The notes: generated by a model from the letters alone, not told the origin. A DNA stretch of 64,000 nt from Candidatus Bathyarchaeota archaeon (GCA_963806535.1 CAWDYC010000003.1:320001-384000), one strand, 5' to 3'. Positions 11,544 to 22,002 are shown, counted from the stretch's first letter. Program-made: numbers and translations.

Positions 11544-12749
11544 TCACGCCCAAAAACTCTTTGAATACTCGCCTAAAACGCCCTCGTATACACGCTTGGT
11601 CTGCTGAGCAATTTTTTCCCAATCATACTTTTCCAGAACCCTTCGATAAGCATTTTCCCTGATTGTGTTACTATAGAAATTATCAACCAAAACCTTTGCG
11701 ATTCCCCAAGCTAACGAATCAGGATTATTCGGATAAACTTTAACCCCAGTTACATCGTGCTCTACGATTTCCGATAAACCGCCCGTATCAGATGCAACAA
11801 CCGGGCTTTTAGCCGCCATAGCTTCCAATGCAACAATTCCGAAGGGCTCAAAAAGTGACGGCACAACAGACACATCAGCGCATTTCTGAAGTTTAAGCAA
11901 ACTTTCTTCATCCAGGAAACCTTCGAAGAGAACTTTGTGTTCAAGTCCCATGCTACGAACAATGTTTAGCAGTTGCTCTTTCATGTAGCCGCTGCCCACA
12001 ATAATGAATTTGGCGTTAACTTTCTGCAAGATTTTTGGAACAGCATTAATTAGCACATGAATGCCCTTTTCATAAACTAGTCTTCCTACGAAAAGCACTA
12101 TTTTTTCTTCCGGCAAAGCAAACTTACCGCGAAACTCTTTCAAATCATCGGGTATTTCTCGGTAGCTTTGGGTGTTTACGCCATTTGGAATCATTACTAA
12201 CTTATCATATGGAAGCCCAAAAGCCCATTTAACATGTGAAACCATGTATTCGCTACAACAAACAACACGCCAAGCTTCGTATGTTAACCAAGCCTCAGTT
12301 TCATGAATCATTTTTTCAGTATCAGTATGCAAACCATCTCTTCTACCGATTTCAGTTGAATGCATAGTCACCAAAAGCGGCTTTCGAAAAACATGTTTAA
12401 GTCCAATGCCTGCATCTGCCACAAGCCAATCGTGAGCATGAAAAACATCAATTTTGCCGCCGATTTTCCTTGTTAAAGCAGCTGTTTCTTTTTGCATATT
12501 AAGATTCATTAAGTAAACCCATGAGGCGAAATCAGGTGCTGGATTCTTGTAAGAGTCAATTCTGTAGACTTCAACCCCATCAATTACTTCGTGAGCCGGT
12601 GTGTCGGGAAAATCGCAGGTTACCACATATACTTTTACGCCTTGTTTCACCAAGTTTTTTGATAAAAAGTAAACATGGGGGGATATTCCGCCGATTACTC
12701 TAGGTGGAAACTCCCAACTTAGCATCATAACGGTTAAGTCGTCTTTCAT
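11544..12749 (-). CDS. GT4 glycosyltransferase (glycogen synthase-like)
   Basis: SWEFPPR..GG, HAHDWL, VGRLV.EKG, EPFGIVALEAM. Confidence 0.92.
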   Translation of the reverse strand: MKDDLTVMMLSWEFPPRVIGGISPHVYFLSKNLVKQGVKVYVVTCDFPDTPAHEVIDGVEVYRIDSYKNPAPDFASWVYLMNLNMQKETAALTRKIGGKIDVFHAHDWLVADAGIGLKHVFRKPLLVTMHSTEIGRRDGLHTDTEKMIHETEAWLTYEAWRVVCCSEYMVSHVKWAFGLPYDKLVMIPNGVNTQSYREIPDDLKEFRGKFALPEEKIVLFVGRLVYEKGIHVLINAVPKILQKVNAKFIIVGSGYMKEQLLNIVRSMGLEHKVLFEGFLDEESLLKLQKCADVSVVPSLFEPFGIVALEAMAAKSPVVASDTGGLSEIVEHDVTGVKVYPNNPDSLAWGIAKVLVDNFYSNTIRENAYRRVLEKYDWEKIAQQTKRVYEGVLGEYSKSFWA

Positions 12750-13369
12750 TTGACTTTCAATCCACCCACACTTTTGTAAAGTTTAAGGACCTCTGCAATC
12801 CATGAATCGGAATCGTCTGAAATAACAACTATTTTTTCTTCAGGCACCTTATAAATTCTAATGACTTCGTCACGCATCCACTCTGATTTTACACTAATTT
12901 TCTCCGCCTCAAAGAACCCCAACCATTCAATACTTTTAATTGCCAGAGTGTAAGGCGTGTTTAAACCTTGAGATCGATGATCTTCTAAACTTTCAACGGA
13001 ATAAACAAAGGGTATTCCAAGTCCACTTTTTATTGTGACTGCTGCAGGAATAAAATGCCAGTCAAATACGTCGACAAGGTCAATTTGCTTGTTGTCTTGA
13101 TAATAAATATTTGCTGCCGCTCTTTCTACTTCCTGATTCAATGTTAAAACCCACGTTAAAACGCCAATGTGAGTTCGAACAGGGTTTGAAACCCTGACTG
13201 TCTTGACACCAGTGGGTTCCTGGTAAAACCCCGTTAAAAGATCTTCGTAGGTCACAACATTAACATCTACTTTTTTAGCAACAAGTTGAGTTGAGAGGGC
13301 TTTAACATATTCAGAGAGTTTACCTACCACCCTTGGCGGATACTCCCACGAAAAAATTATTACACGCAT
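12746..13369 (-). CDS. GT4 N-terminal-domain-only protein
   Basis: SWEYPPR start paralogous to neighbour; ends at 207 aa with no donor-binding domain. Confidence 0.8.
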   Translation of the reverse strand: MRVIIFSWEYPPRVVGKLSEYVKALSTQLVAKKVDVNVVTYEDLLTGFYQEPTGVKTVRVSNPVRTHIGVLTWVLTLNQEVERAAANIYYQDNKQIDLVDVFDWHFIPAAVTIKSGLGIPFVYSVESLEDHRSQGLNTPYTLAIKSIEWLGFFEAEKISVKSEWMRDEVIRIYKVPEEKIVVISDDSDSWIAEVLKLYKSVGGLKVK

Positions 13370-13376
13370 GATTCCA

Positions 13377-13637
13377 CTACGTGAAAAGTGAGCAGACCTT
13401 GATTATTCCTCTTGCATTAAGATAATACCGTTTTTTTCCTTCATTATCCACAAAGCTTTCAGCGAACCCTTCAGACTTGTATTTGTCCAAAATGCTTTCT
13501 ATTTCGTTTGGATCTTTCTGCATAAGACGGGCAACTTCTTCGCCTTTTCGTGCCAAATCAGCTGCTGTAGCGCATAGGTTATGTAGTGTTTGTAAAACTT
13601 TGTCGGGATAAGGAAGTTCGTCTCTCATTGGGCGCAC
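13377..13637 (-). CDS. Small winged-helix-like protein
   Basis: 86 aa; helix pattern followed by G.....KRYYL..RG wing; first gene of the GT operon. Confidence 0.6.
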   Translation of the reverse strand: MRPMRDELPYPDKVLQTLHNLCATAADLARKGEEVARLMQKDPNEIESILDKYKSEGFAESFVDNEGKKRYYLNARGIIKVCSLFT

Positions 13638-13688
13638 CCTGATTAATTAGGGTAACTTCTCTTATAAATGCATAAGCGTGCGAAAGTT

Positions 13689-15236
13689 TTAGAAGAGTTT
13701 GGTTGCTTCCTGCGTTTGCTTATTTAGGGCTACAAAACGTTTCTTAGTGAAATCAACTATTGTTTCCCGCAGTTTTTCTCCTTTTTCTTTTGAACCTTTA
13801 AGTTCCCTAAAACTCAAAACCAATTTTTGATCTTTAAGTGAACTCTGCGCCCAGCTTTCGAAATCGCCGTTACTAACATGAAACTCTATAGCTTCAGCGT
13901 CAACTTCTTTTAAAGCTTTAATGAAGCCCTTCAAGCTCCAAGCCTCAATTCCTGTGAAATATTCTTTTCCAACGCCTGTGTAGAACAAAAAAGGCTCATT
14001 TGCAGTTAAAATTGCCAGCCTTAATCTAGTTTCAAATTCACTTAGCAATGTTTGGGCTGCAACGAAGGCATCCATGGGGGATTCATATGGGCTAAAGTAA
14101 GAGTGTACTTCTCCAGGTCCGCCGCCCGCAGTAAACATGTAGTATAAGTGGTCGCTTGTTTGGAAATCGCGCCACAACCTGAGAAATTCGGGGTCTTCTG
14201 CTTCTTTGATAAATGGCTCCAACCGCCTCAACTCAGTGTAATATGCCCATTGCATGACATTGCCAAGCCACCCACTTTGGTCCCTTTGGACATCTGCCCA
14301 AGAAACAGTGCCTCCTGCTTCAGGCACATCAATTTCGCCTGCAGAAGCATGTGTCACGACCACTTCGGAGGGCGTCATCATTTTTAAATTCTCAAACTTT
14401 AGTATCTCGTCAGGAAGATGCTGCAGAAAGCTATGAATCCCAGTTTCTGGCCAGTGGTGTTCTCCGAAAGTTTCGTAGTCAGGAAAAATATTAATGCATT
14501 CACCTGGTGTACTTGCTAACCAGCCCGCATATTTATCAGCAGTCAAGGGCCATTCAGGCCACCATCTAGCTGAAAACCTAAAGCCTATATCATCTGTTAA
14601 TTTGTAGTTGCGAAGGAAAACGCGAATCTTCTTGGCGCCTTTAGGTGTGTAAAGATAATTTGGTGATTTTTCGCCAAGAATTTTCTCAACACCTTCGGTG
14701 TAAATTCCCTTGTACCCGAGGGATTCAACAGTTTTGGCGATATTGTTGTTATAAAGTAGTTCTGTATTCTCAAAAACTGTGGATGTGTAGCCGAGCAGGT
14801 CTTTCACGGTTTGTTTGTGCATTTTTGCCTGTTCGATAAATTCTTCTTGATCTGGGTAAAGGCTTGCGATTGAATGATAATAGGTTTGGTTTAAGAATTC
14901 TACATTTCCAGATTTAGCAAGCTGTTTGAAAGTTTCCAAGAGATCCGGATCAAACATTTCGCATTGTTCAAGGAAGACTCCTGAAACACTGAATGAGAAT
15001 TTGGCTTGTTTTTGATTATGCTTGTGTTTGTCTATTGTGTCAAGCAGGATTTGGTTTGAAGGATAATAGCATTTACGCGCTGCCCGCTTGAAAATTTCTC
15101 GATCAACTTCATTATCAAAATAATAATTGAATAACTCGTCTTTCTTCAAACGCCTGAAAACTTTTCCTTCCCAAAACAAGTTCCGCCTCAGCCTATGTGG
15201 CTGATGAACCTCAAAGACAAACACTACATCCGTCAT
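13689..15236 (-). CDS. GH57 alpha-amylase with C-terminal DUF5752-like domain
   Basis: FEVHQP, QTYYHS, FENTEL, DYETFGEH, QTSDH; C-terminal PFLFY..SL..F...IEFH..GDF..W; likely ATG 15236. Confidence 0.92.
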   Translation of the reverse strand: MTDVVFVFEVHQPHRLRRNLFWEGKVFRRLKKDELFNYYFDNEVDREIFKRAARKCYYPSNQILLDTIDKHKHNQKQAKFSFSVSGVFLEQCEMFDPDLLETFKQLAKSGNVEFLNQTYYHSIASLYPDQEEFIEQAKMHKQTVKDLLGYTSTVFENTELLYNNNIAKTVESLGYKGIYTEGVEKILGEKSPNYLYTPKGAKKIRVFLRNYKLTDDIGFRFSARWWPEWPLTADKYAGWLASTPGECINIFPDYETFGEHHWPETGIHSFLQHLPDEILKFENLKMMTPSEVVVTHASAGEIDVPEAGGTVSWADVQRDQSGWLGNVMQWAYYTELRRLEPFIKEAEDPEFLRLWRDFQTSDHLYYMFTAGGGPGEVHSYFSPYESPMDAFVAAQTLLSEFETRLRLAILTANEPFLFYTGVGKEYFTGIEAWSLKGFIKALKEVDAEAIEFHVSNGDFESWAQSSLKDQKLVLSFRELKGSKEKGEKLRETIVDFTKKRFVALNKQTQEATKLF

Positions 15237-15392
15237 AACACTTCGACCTAAACAAACAATATCATAAGGCACATTTATTTCTAATTTGTCTTTTACGGTG
15301 TAATCTGCAAAAAAAAACCAAATTATTAAGAACACAGAAGTAGGCAAGGTTTTGACTGTTCAATGAAATAATATTGAGCGGTTGAGAGAGCA

Positions 15393-16670
15393 ATGGTGGA
15401 TGCCAAGGAAGAAATTTACTCAACTATGTTTAGTTCACTTAAGCATCCTGCGCGCCGCAAAATACTTAGAATTCTGTCAGAGAAACCTCTGACTTTTTCA
15501 CAAATGCTTGACTTATTGGGTGTTTCTAGTTCTAACTTGACGTACCATCTTGAAAGTTTAGGCGAATTGATAAGTCAAGAGAACGGCATCTATAAATTAT
15601 CAACTTTCGGTTCGGCTGCTGTTGGCACAATGAAGATTGTCGAGGAAGCACCTGAAGTTCAACAGAAGAAACGCTCATCCACATCATTGAAGTGGAAGAC
15701 TGCACTCGGCGTTTTACTGATTGGAGTTGTTATTTTTGCAAGCGTTTCGGCGTTCTCGTTAAACACGTTGAATCAGACAACAAGTCAGCGGGATTTGCTA
15801 CAATCAAAATATAATCAACTATTATCTTGGAGCGCCACCACAAACAAAGCAATAACTTTTCTTCAACAAGTAACCCAAATTGATACTTCACACTATCAAG
15901 CAACCCTTCTAAGCAACACTGTTGAGCAACGATCGGATTTAGGAGGCACATTAGAGCAAATAATGACTTATTCGCTTACCAGTAGCGATAGCAAAATGTA
16001 TGTAGTTTTTAGGTTCAGAGACAATCAGTTATCAAGATACCAAATTATTATGGTAGAAGGTTCACCGGTTTATGGTCAACCGCAGCCGTCCAGCATTTTA
16101 GATACCGCAAAGAACTTACTTGGAAGATTAGCAGCTTACGAAGACACACCTTATCTTGCAAATATGAGCAGCGTCTTATCGCTAGTTAACAACGCAGCTC
16201 AAAGCACCGAAATCAGCGAAGGCAACATTAAGTTAAATGTCACTAACTCAGGCGACAGCGGTCAAATTCTAATGATGTACACAGAAAATGGGGTTGATTT
16301 TTCGCCCAAAAGCCTTGGTTTAGTCTTTAACAACGGCGATTTAACGTCGTTAACTGACGGCTGGTTCTTATTTACGATCGGAAGCACAAAAGTTAACATT
16401 TCAAGCGACAAAGCGCTTCAACTCGCATCCAATGCCCTGAAAGGTTACAGTTGGACAGCAAACGGCACAACAGTCTCCGACTTCAACGTGTTGCCACAGC
16501 CAGTCTCGGTTATTTTTCATCCGAACACCAAAAATGGGTTAGCACTTTACCCTCAGTGGACGGTGACTTTTTCCCTTGACAAAGTCTATCCTGGCGGGGT
16601 AAATAGTTTAATGGTGGAGTTGTGGGCAGACACAGGCGATATAGCACTGATAAAAACTCAAAACAGCTAA
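15393..16670 (+). CDS. Membrane-anchored ArsR-type wHTH regulator with large extracellular domain
   Basis: LKHPARRKIL..LTYHL HTH, TM at about aa 103-122, then S/T/N-rich domain. Confidence 0.8.
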   Translation: MVDAKEEIYSTMFSSLKHPARRKILRILSEKPLTFSQMLDLLGVSSSNLTYHLESLGELISQENGIYKLSTFGSAAVGTMKIVEEAPEVQQKKRSSTSLKWKTALGVLLIGVVIFASVSAFSLNTLNQTTSQRDLLQSKYNQLLSWSATTNKAITFLQQVTQIDTSHYQATLLSNTVEQRSDLGGTLEQIMTYSLTSSDSKMYVVFRFRDNQLSRYQIIMVEGSPVYGQPQPSSILDTAKNLLGRLAAYEDTPYLANMSSVLSLVNNAAQSTEISEGNIKLNVTNSGDSGQILMMYTENGVDFSPKSLGLVFNNGDLTSLTDGWFLFTIGSTKVNISSDKALQLASNALKGYSWTANGTTVSDFNVLPQPVSVIFHPNTKNGLALYPQWTVTFSLDKVYPGGVNSLMVELWADTGDIALIKTQNS

Positions 16671-16723
16671 AAAACGGCTCAAATTAGAAAATTTTATATG
16701 ATAAGCAGTTAAATGTTCAGAGC

Positions 16724-17359
16724 ATGGCAAGCAAAAAAGGTCTAAAACAACCGCCAAAGAAAAAATCTAACAGACAATCATACGTAATTGGCATAATAGC
16801 CTTAATCATAATTGTTATAGGTGCATATGCTGTAATACGGCAACCAGGCAGTCAAACCACAGATCAATCAACAAATCCAACAAAAGTTCTATTGCATACT
16901 AGTGCTGGCGATATAACTATTCAATTGCGAATTGACAAGTCCATAACTACTGCTAACTTCATAAATATCGTTCAAAAAGGATGGTATGATGGCACTACAT
17001 TCTACCGCACCATGGCCGGATTCATGATTCAGGGTGGTAAAATAAGCCAAACTGTTCCCGCAATAAAAGACGAGATAGGCACAAACAATCACAATACCAA
17101 TTACACAATAGCTATGGCAAAAACAAGCAGTCCTAACTCAGCAACAAACGAATTTTTCATAAATGCCGCAGACAACAGTGGAATAACCTACTCCGACGGC
17201 TCGACATTTGATGGCACCTATACAGTATTTGGAAATGTAATTTCAGGCCAAAGCGTTGTTGACGCAATAGCTAATGCCGCAGTAACTGCTAATGCTACTG
17301 GTGAAATGAGCGTTCCAGTACATCCGGTCACGATAATAAAAGCTTCAATCGTCACTTAA
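16724..17359 (+). CDS. Membrane-anchored cyclophilin-type PPIase
   Basis: N-terminal basic+TM segment; FYR..GFMIQGG, AMA, EFFIN, YTVFG.V. Confidence 0.9.
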   Translation: MASKKGLKQPPKKKSNRQSYVIGIIALIIIVIGAYAVIRQPGSQTTDQSTNPTKVLLHTSAGDITIQLRIDKSITTANFINIVQKGWYDGTTFYRTMAGFMIQGGKISQTVPAIKDEIGTNNHNTNYTIAMAKTSSPNSATNEFFINAADNSGITYSDGSTFDGTYTVFGNVISGQSVVDAIANAAVTANATGEMSVPVHPVTIIKASIVT

Positions 17360-17496
17360 GCAAACAATAAAGAATCTTTTTTTCAATTTTCTCTTTTTCA
17401 ATATAACTTTAAAGTTTCGAAGAACAAATCGTCAAGACTACTCAGCGTGCAATAGGCATAATAGCCATTATTCTAATTCATAATTGGGAATAAATT

Positions 17497-17979
17497 ATGG
17501 CTTCAAATGAATATACCAACGGAGTAAAAGTTTTACTTCACACCAGCATGGGCGACATTACTATCCAACTGCGTAACGACATGCCAATAACCACAAATAA
17601 TTTCAAGAGTTTAGTCCAGAAAGGGACTTTTAACGGCACAATTTTTCACAGAGTAATACCAAGCTTTATGATTCAAGGTGGCGACCCCACAGGAACTGGA
17701 TATGGCGATCCATCAATACCCGACATTAAAGACGAATTCACAAGAACCAACCGAAACGACAGAGGTACAATATCGATGGCAAATGCAGGTCCAAACACAG
17801 GAAGCAGCCAATTCTTCATCAATCAAGTAAACAACAATTTTTTAGACAGCAAACATCCGGCCTTCGGGAAAGTCATCTCTGGAATGGAAGTCGTTGATGC
17901 AATTGCCAAAGTAAAGAGGAATTCCAACGATAAACCGCTTACAAATGTTACGATAATTAATGCATCAATTGTGCCTTAA
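17497..17979 (+). CDS. Cytoplasmic cyclophilin-type PPIase
   Basis: FHRVI..FMIQGGDPTGTG, SMANAGPNTGSSQFFI, HPAFG. Confidence 0.96.
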   Translation: MASNEYTNGVKVLLHTSMGDITIQLRNDMPITTNNFKSLVQKGTFNGTIFHRVIPSFMIQGGDPTGTGYGDPSIPDIKDEFTRTNRNDRGTISMANAGPNTGSSQFFINQVNNNFLDSKHPAFGKVISGMEVVDAIAKVKRNSNDKPLTNVTIINASIVP

Positions 17980-18008
17980 ACAAAAATTAAAAAAACTGTT
18001 GGTTACGC

Positions 18009-18206
18009 CTATTTCTTTTCTTTCTCTTTTGGTTTAGATCCAATTTCAACTGCTAAAATGTTTATTTGATAGTTTTTGTCGCCGATCTGCATTTTTCCTT
18101 GAGCATGAAAGCCTTTGCTTCCAGTTTTAAAATTCTTCTCTCCACTTAACATAAAACTTTGTTTAGCACCTTTAAGTTGAATTGTTGCCATATCTATATC
18201 GCTCAT
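18009..18206 (-). CDS. Small hypothetical protein
   Basis: 65-aa ORF with protein-like KNFKTGSKGF..GK..I..K.YQ segment; converges with the cyclophilin gene. Confidence 0.7.
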   Translation of the reverse strand: MSDIDMATIQLKGAKQSFMLSGEKNFKTGSKGFHAQGKMQIGDKNYQINILAVEIGSKPKEKEKK

Positions 18207-18744
18207 TTCAAAGTCACCAATGCAAAATGAAACAGTGCTTCTGCCTTTTCACCTTTTCGCTCCCGACAAATTGTGAAATATTGTCTCTTATGTTGTTTGC
18301 TAATTGCGCGTAAGTCAACCATGAAAATGAAAGGCAAAGAAAGAAAGAAGACGGAATAGATTGCGTTGCTAAACATGCTGGCATAAGGATTAGATAGTAA
18401 AGTGTTTTGGTTTGATAGGTCAAGCCCAAGTACTTTAAACCCGTCGAATATTGCTGCAACCATTAATGTTAACACTAAGCTGATTAGAAATTGGATGAAA
18501 ATTCTTTTTTGCTGCCCAAAAATGAGCCAGAAATTACTGATGATAGAACAAACATCCAAGCGAATGAGCATATAAAAACAGCCACATTAATGTTTGAAGA
18601 TAGTAACGAAGATAACAGTAGGATTGGATTATGTAGGGAAGATGCTACTGTAGTCAGTGCGGTTTTAGTGAAGATTTGGTAAGTAAGCATCAGAAGTCAA
18701 GCGACAACTAAGAAAGCCGTAGTTACCAGGATCCCCCTCGCCAT
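18203..18744 (-). pseudogene. Disrupted multi-TM membrane protein
   Basis: ATG 18744 MARGILVTTAFLVVA, in-frame TGA 18699-18697, hydrophobic reading continues, then a frameshift near 18528 into the 18203..18571 frame. Confidence 0.65.
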
Positions 18745-18857
18745 CTAAATCACCGAAGATTCAATTGCGGAAATGTTTTATAATATTTACTCTAAAAAAA
18801 TCATTTTGTTAAAATTAAATAAAAAAAAGAGAAAAGGGAAATTTTTTTCTCAGTTGT

Positions 18858-21641
18858 TTATGCGCGTTTTCTAATTGACATCACTATCAGAACGCCAACT
18901 ATGGCGATTGCAATAATGATGGCAATTGCTGCGGCGAGGATGTAAGTCATTAAGTCGCCGGTGGTAGCTACGTTTGTTTGTGCTGTGGTTGTTGATGTTG
19001 GCTGTGCTGGAGTTGCAGCGTTGATTTGTATTGCAGCTGAAGATGGGTAGTATGAGTTTGATCCTTCGAAGTTTGCGTAGATTGTGAAGGCGCCTGGTAT
19101 ATCAGGAGTCCATGTGTAGGCGAATGTGCCCATTGTGTTTGATGTTGTTGTGCCGATTACTCTGTAGTTGTTGTTTGCGTCAAGTACGCTTATAGTGATT
19201 GGAACACCTGAAGAATTCGCTGGTAATAGTTGTTGCTCGTATACGTATTCCATCCAGTGGCTTTCGCTTGCGTCATCAACGCATGGAACACCATTGGGGA
19301 AGTTCAATGCAACTGCACTTTGTTTTGTTCCTGGTGAAATGTCTGTGATTGTGCCTGTGATAGTTATCGGGGTAGCTGTTGTTACTCCAATGCCTGGAGC
19401 ATTGACTGTTATTGCGCTTGGTCCTTTACCGAAAGCGTATATTTGATTGTCATAAGCGTTGCGTGATAGCATGATACCTTGTGCGATTGATGTGGATTCA
19501 ACGGACATGTCTAATACGCTCCAATTCAATTTGCCAGTTGATGCGTTAACTGCCAGCAATTGTGCTCCGTGGAATAGCGGCGGGTTATATTCGTGTCCAA
19601 TCATGAAGTATGCTACATCATTAGTAAAGCAGCAGCAGCTGAACGTCCATAGTGGCCAGATAGAGTATGGTGTTTCAATTCCAGGATCACCAATGAGCAT
19701 GGTCGTGTTTGTGTACCAGTTTAGCTTTCCTGTTTGATCATTGATTGACCATATGTCTCCGCCGAACCCTTCAATATACATAGTGTTGTTTGGTCCGTTG
19801 TATGTTTTGATGTTAAATTGGTCGTAGGAATGTGGTGCAGCTCCATTCAGGCCAGTGAGAGTATATGTCCATTTTTGAGCGCCTGTACGTGCATCATAAG
19901 CTACAACTGCCCAGTTAGCCATGTTGACATTGATGAACATTCCGTCTTGAATTTGCAATTGAGTTCTTGTGTACGGTAGTAACGTTTGGTCAGTTGGATA
20001 GGTAAAGTTCTTTATCCATAGTTGGGCGCCAGTGGTTGCATCCATGCTCGCTACAATGAGAAAGCCAGCAACGTCTCCTCCAGCGCCTTGTCCTGTAGTG
20101 AATCCTGTTGTCATAATTACTGCATTGTTGGTTATTCCGTTTATTGATAAAGCCGGATTATTCAATCCTACACCGATTGTTGGAGTGCCTGAACCTGTAT
20201 TGTTTTGCAGTGGTTGAGCAAACATTACTCCTAGTCCGAAATCAATTATCGAGTTCACTGGTGGAGACCAGCCCCAAGTTTGAGTGCTCCCAGCATTTGA
20301 TAAGCCGCTAAGTGCTTGTGACATGTTCCAGCAGACTAGTACTGGATTAGTGCTAGTAATCGTTGCATGTCCGGTAACTGGTTGGGGAGCTCTTATAGGT
20401 GCCGATCCGTATGTAGTCATAGTGCCAACTGTGCTGTTTATGTAGTAGCCGATTATGTCTCCTTGATCATCAGTCGTAAGAGTTGCGCTAGTGCCGTTAA
20501 CAAGGCTAAGGACATATTTTCCAGTCAAGCCTGAATACATGTTCCATTGTGTTCCTGTAGTATTCATATATGGCGATGGTATCGTAACGCCAAGATTGTT
20601 GGCTTGCGATCCGATTTGCCTTCCACCAGTTTCAGCTGCTGGAAGACTTCCGGTAGTCCAAATGTATGGACCAATAGTGCCGTATGCATTAATGGTATGC
20701 CATTGAGGAGCGAAACCGCATCTTAGAATAGATGTAGTGTTTATCGTAAAGAGATCTTGTCCGGTGAATAAGTTTGTTGCGAGAATACCATTTGTATAGC
20801 CCGTGGTTTCCACGTAGTGCGTAGAGTACATTACACCGTCGATTATTACTGGGGCATACTTTGGCCAATATTGCGAAGTGGACCAGTAGCTGCTGCCCTG
20901 CTCGTTTCCGCCATTTTCTCCTCCGACAACGCCTCCCGTAGTCCAAGGCTTTGTCCAGAGAATGTGACCTGAATTCACTGACAAAGTGTATGGGTTATAG
21001 TTGCCTGTGCTATTGTAGCCGCCTGTTGATGCGAAAGTAACGGAAAATCCGTATCCCATCCAGGGTCCGTTGATAGCGTACCAGTTTTGTACGTTCTCAG
21101 CAGATATTGGATTTTGCCACCATGATGTTGGTAGCGGGGTAACTGGGTATGAGCTTCTTGGTATAGGTTCTGATTGCACAACGAGGGTTACTTTGTCACT
21201 TTGGCTGGGTAAGTTGGTTACGTTGTCTGTCATTAATTGTCCACCATAGAAGAATTGGAATGTATAGTTTCCAACCGTATCGGGGACAACTGTAGTATAT
21301 GTGCCTCCTGTCGCATCTGATTTAAATGGACCAAGAGTTGTTGTTGTTCCAGCTGGTGTTGTTTCTACAATTGTCATGTTTACTGCTGATTCACTGGTGA
21401 GTAATGGCAATACGAGGAACATGTTGAGTGTTACTGTTTGGCCGACACCTGCGGGGTTGGGGCCAACATTAAGGTGGGCATATGATGGAATTGAAGAAAA
21501 TTGCGGTGGCGTGATTTGAGCGAAAACATTTGAAGTAAACGCTATTGAAGCTACCATTGAAATCATAAGCATTGCTGCAATCAATACTGTCGATGTCTTG
21601 TTTTTCATTGCTTTTGATTTTAAATTTTTTAGAGTGTTCAT
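18858..21641 (-). CDS. Large secreted PQQ-like beta-propeller surface protein with Ig-like domains and C-terminal TM anchor
   Basis: Signal peptide; repeated A.DA.TG...W motifs; C-terminal hydrophobic helix plus RKR. Confidence 0.88.
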   Translation of the reverse strand: MNTLKNLKSKAMKNKTSTVLIAAMLMISMVASIAFTSNVFAQITPPQFSSIPSYAHLNVGPNPAGVGQTVTLNMFLVLPLLTSESAVNMTIVETTPAGTTTTLGPFKSDATGGTYTTVVPDTVGNYTFQFFYGGQLMTDNVTNLPSQSDKVTLVVQSEPIPRSSYPVTPLPTSWWQNPISAENVQNWYAINGPWMGYGFSVTFASTGGYNSTGNYNPYTLSVNSGHILWTKPWTTGGVVGGENGGNEQGSSYWSTSQYWPKYAPVIIDGVMYSTHYVETTGYTNGILATNLFTGQDLFTINTTSILRCGFAPQWHTINAYGTIGPYIWTTGSLPAAETGGRQIGSQANNLGVTIPSPYMNTTGTQWNMYSGLTGKYVLSLVNGTSATLTTDDQGDIIGYYINSTVGTMTTYGSAPIRAPQPVTGHATITSTNPVLVCWNMSQALSGLSNAGSTQTWGWSPPVNSIIDFGLGVMFAQPLQNNTGSGTPTIGVGLNNPALSINGITNNAVIMTTGFTTGQGAGGDVAGFLIVASMDATTGAQLWIKNFTYPTDQTLLPYTRTQLQIQDGMFINVNMANWAVVAYDARTGAQKWTYTLTGLNGAAPHSYDQFNIKTYNGPNNTMYIEGFGGDIWSINDQTGKLNWYTNTTMLIGDPGIETPYSIWPLWTFSCCCFTNDVAYFMIGHEYNPPLFHGAQLLAVNASTGKLNWSVLDMSVESTSIAQGIMLSRNAYDNQIYAFGKGPSAITVNAPGIGVTTATPITITGTITDISPGTKQSAVALNFPNGVPCVDDASESHWMEYVYEQQLLPANSSGVPITISVLDANNNYRVIGTTTSNTMGTFAYTWTPDIPGAFTIYANFEGSNSYYPSSAAIQINAATPAQPTSTTTAQTNVATTGDLMTYILAAAIAIIIAIAIVGVLIVMSIRKRA

Positions 21642-21923
21642 TTCTTATTTTTTCTTCCTTCAATTTTATTTGAAAAAAAGCAAGCTTTTGCTTCTTTTCT
21701 GCCGCTTTAATTGCTGTAAAATATATATAAGATTTGCTAAAACATACCAAAGGTTTCGAAATTATTAGCCACTCAGGCTAATTTAACAAGAATTAATATT
21801 TTTACGTGACTCAAAAAACAATTTTATATTACAGACGGATGTTTTTTCCTTATTTGTTATTTTTGTTCTACTATACACCTAAATTTTTAGATTTTTGCGT
21901 CACAAATTTATCAGAAAGAGTTA

Positions 21924-22002
21924 TGGTGCGGTCGCCGGGATTTGAACCCGGGATCATTAGCTTGGAAGGCTAAAGTCCTAAACCAGACTAGACGACGGCC
22001 GC
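21924..22002 (-). tRNA. tRNA-Gly(TCC), intronless, CCA encoded
   Basis: Reverse complement GCGGCCG...TTAGC CT TCC AA GCTAA...GGTTCAAATCC...CGACCGCA CCA folds as a cloverleaf. Confidence 0.97.

Noticed and set aside
18697-18699. Selenocysteine or genetic-code reassignment at the in-frame TGA
   Set aside because: Lies in a TM helix where Trp fits, a second lesion follows, and TGA terminates many other genes here.
21924-22002. tRNA-Gly as an att site of an integrated element
   Set aside because: No duplicate of the tRNA 3' end or integrase seen in the window.
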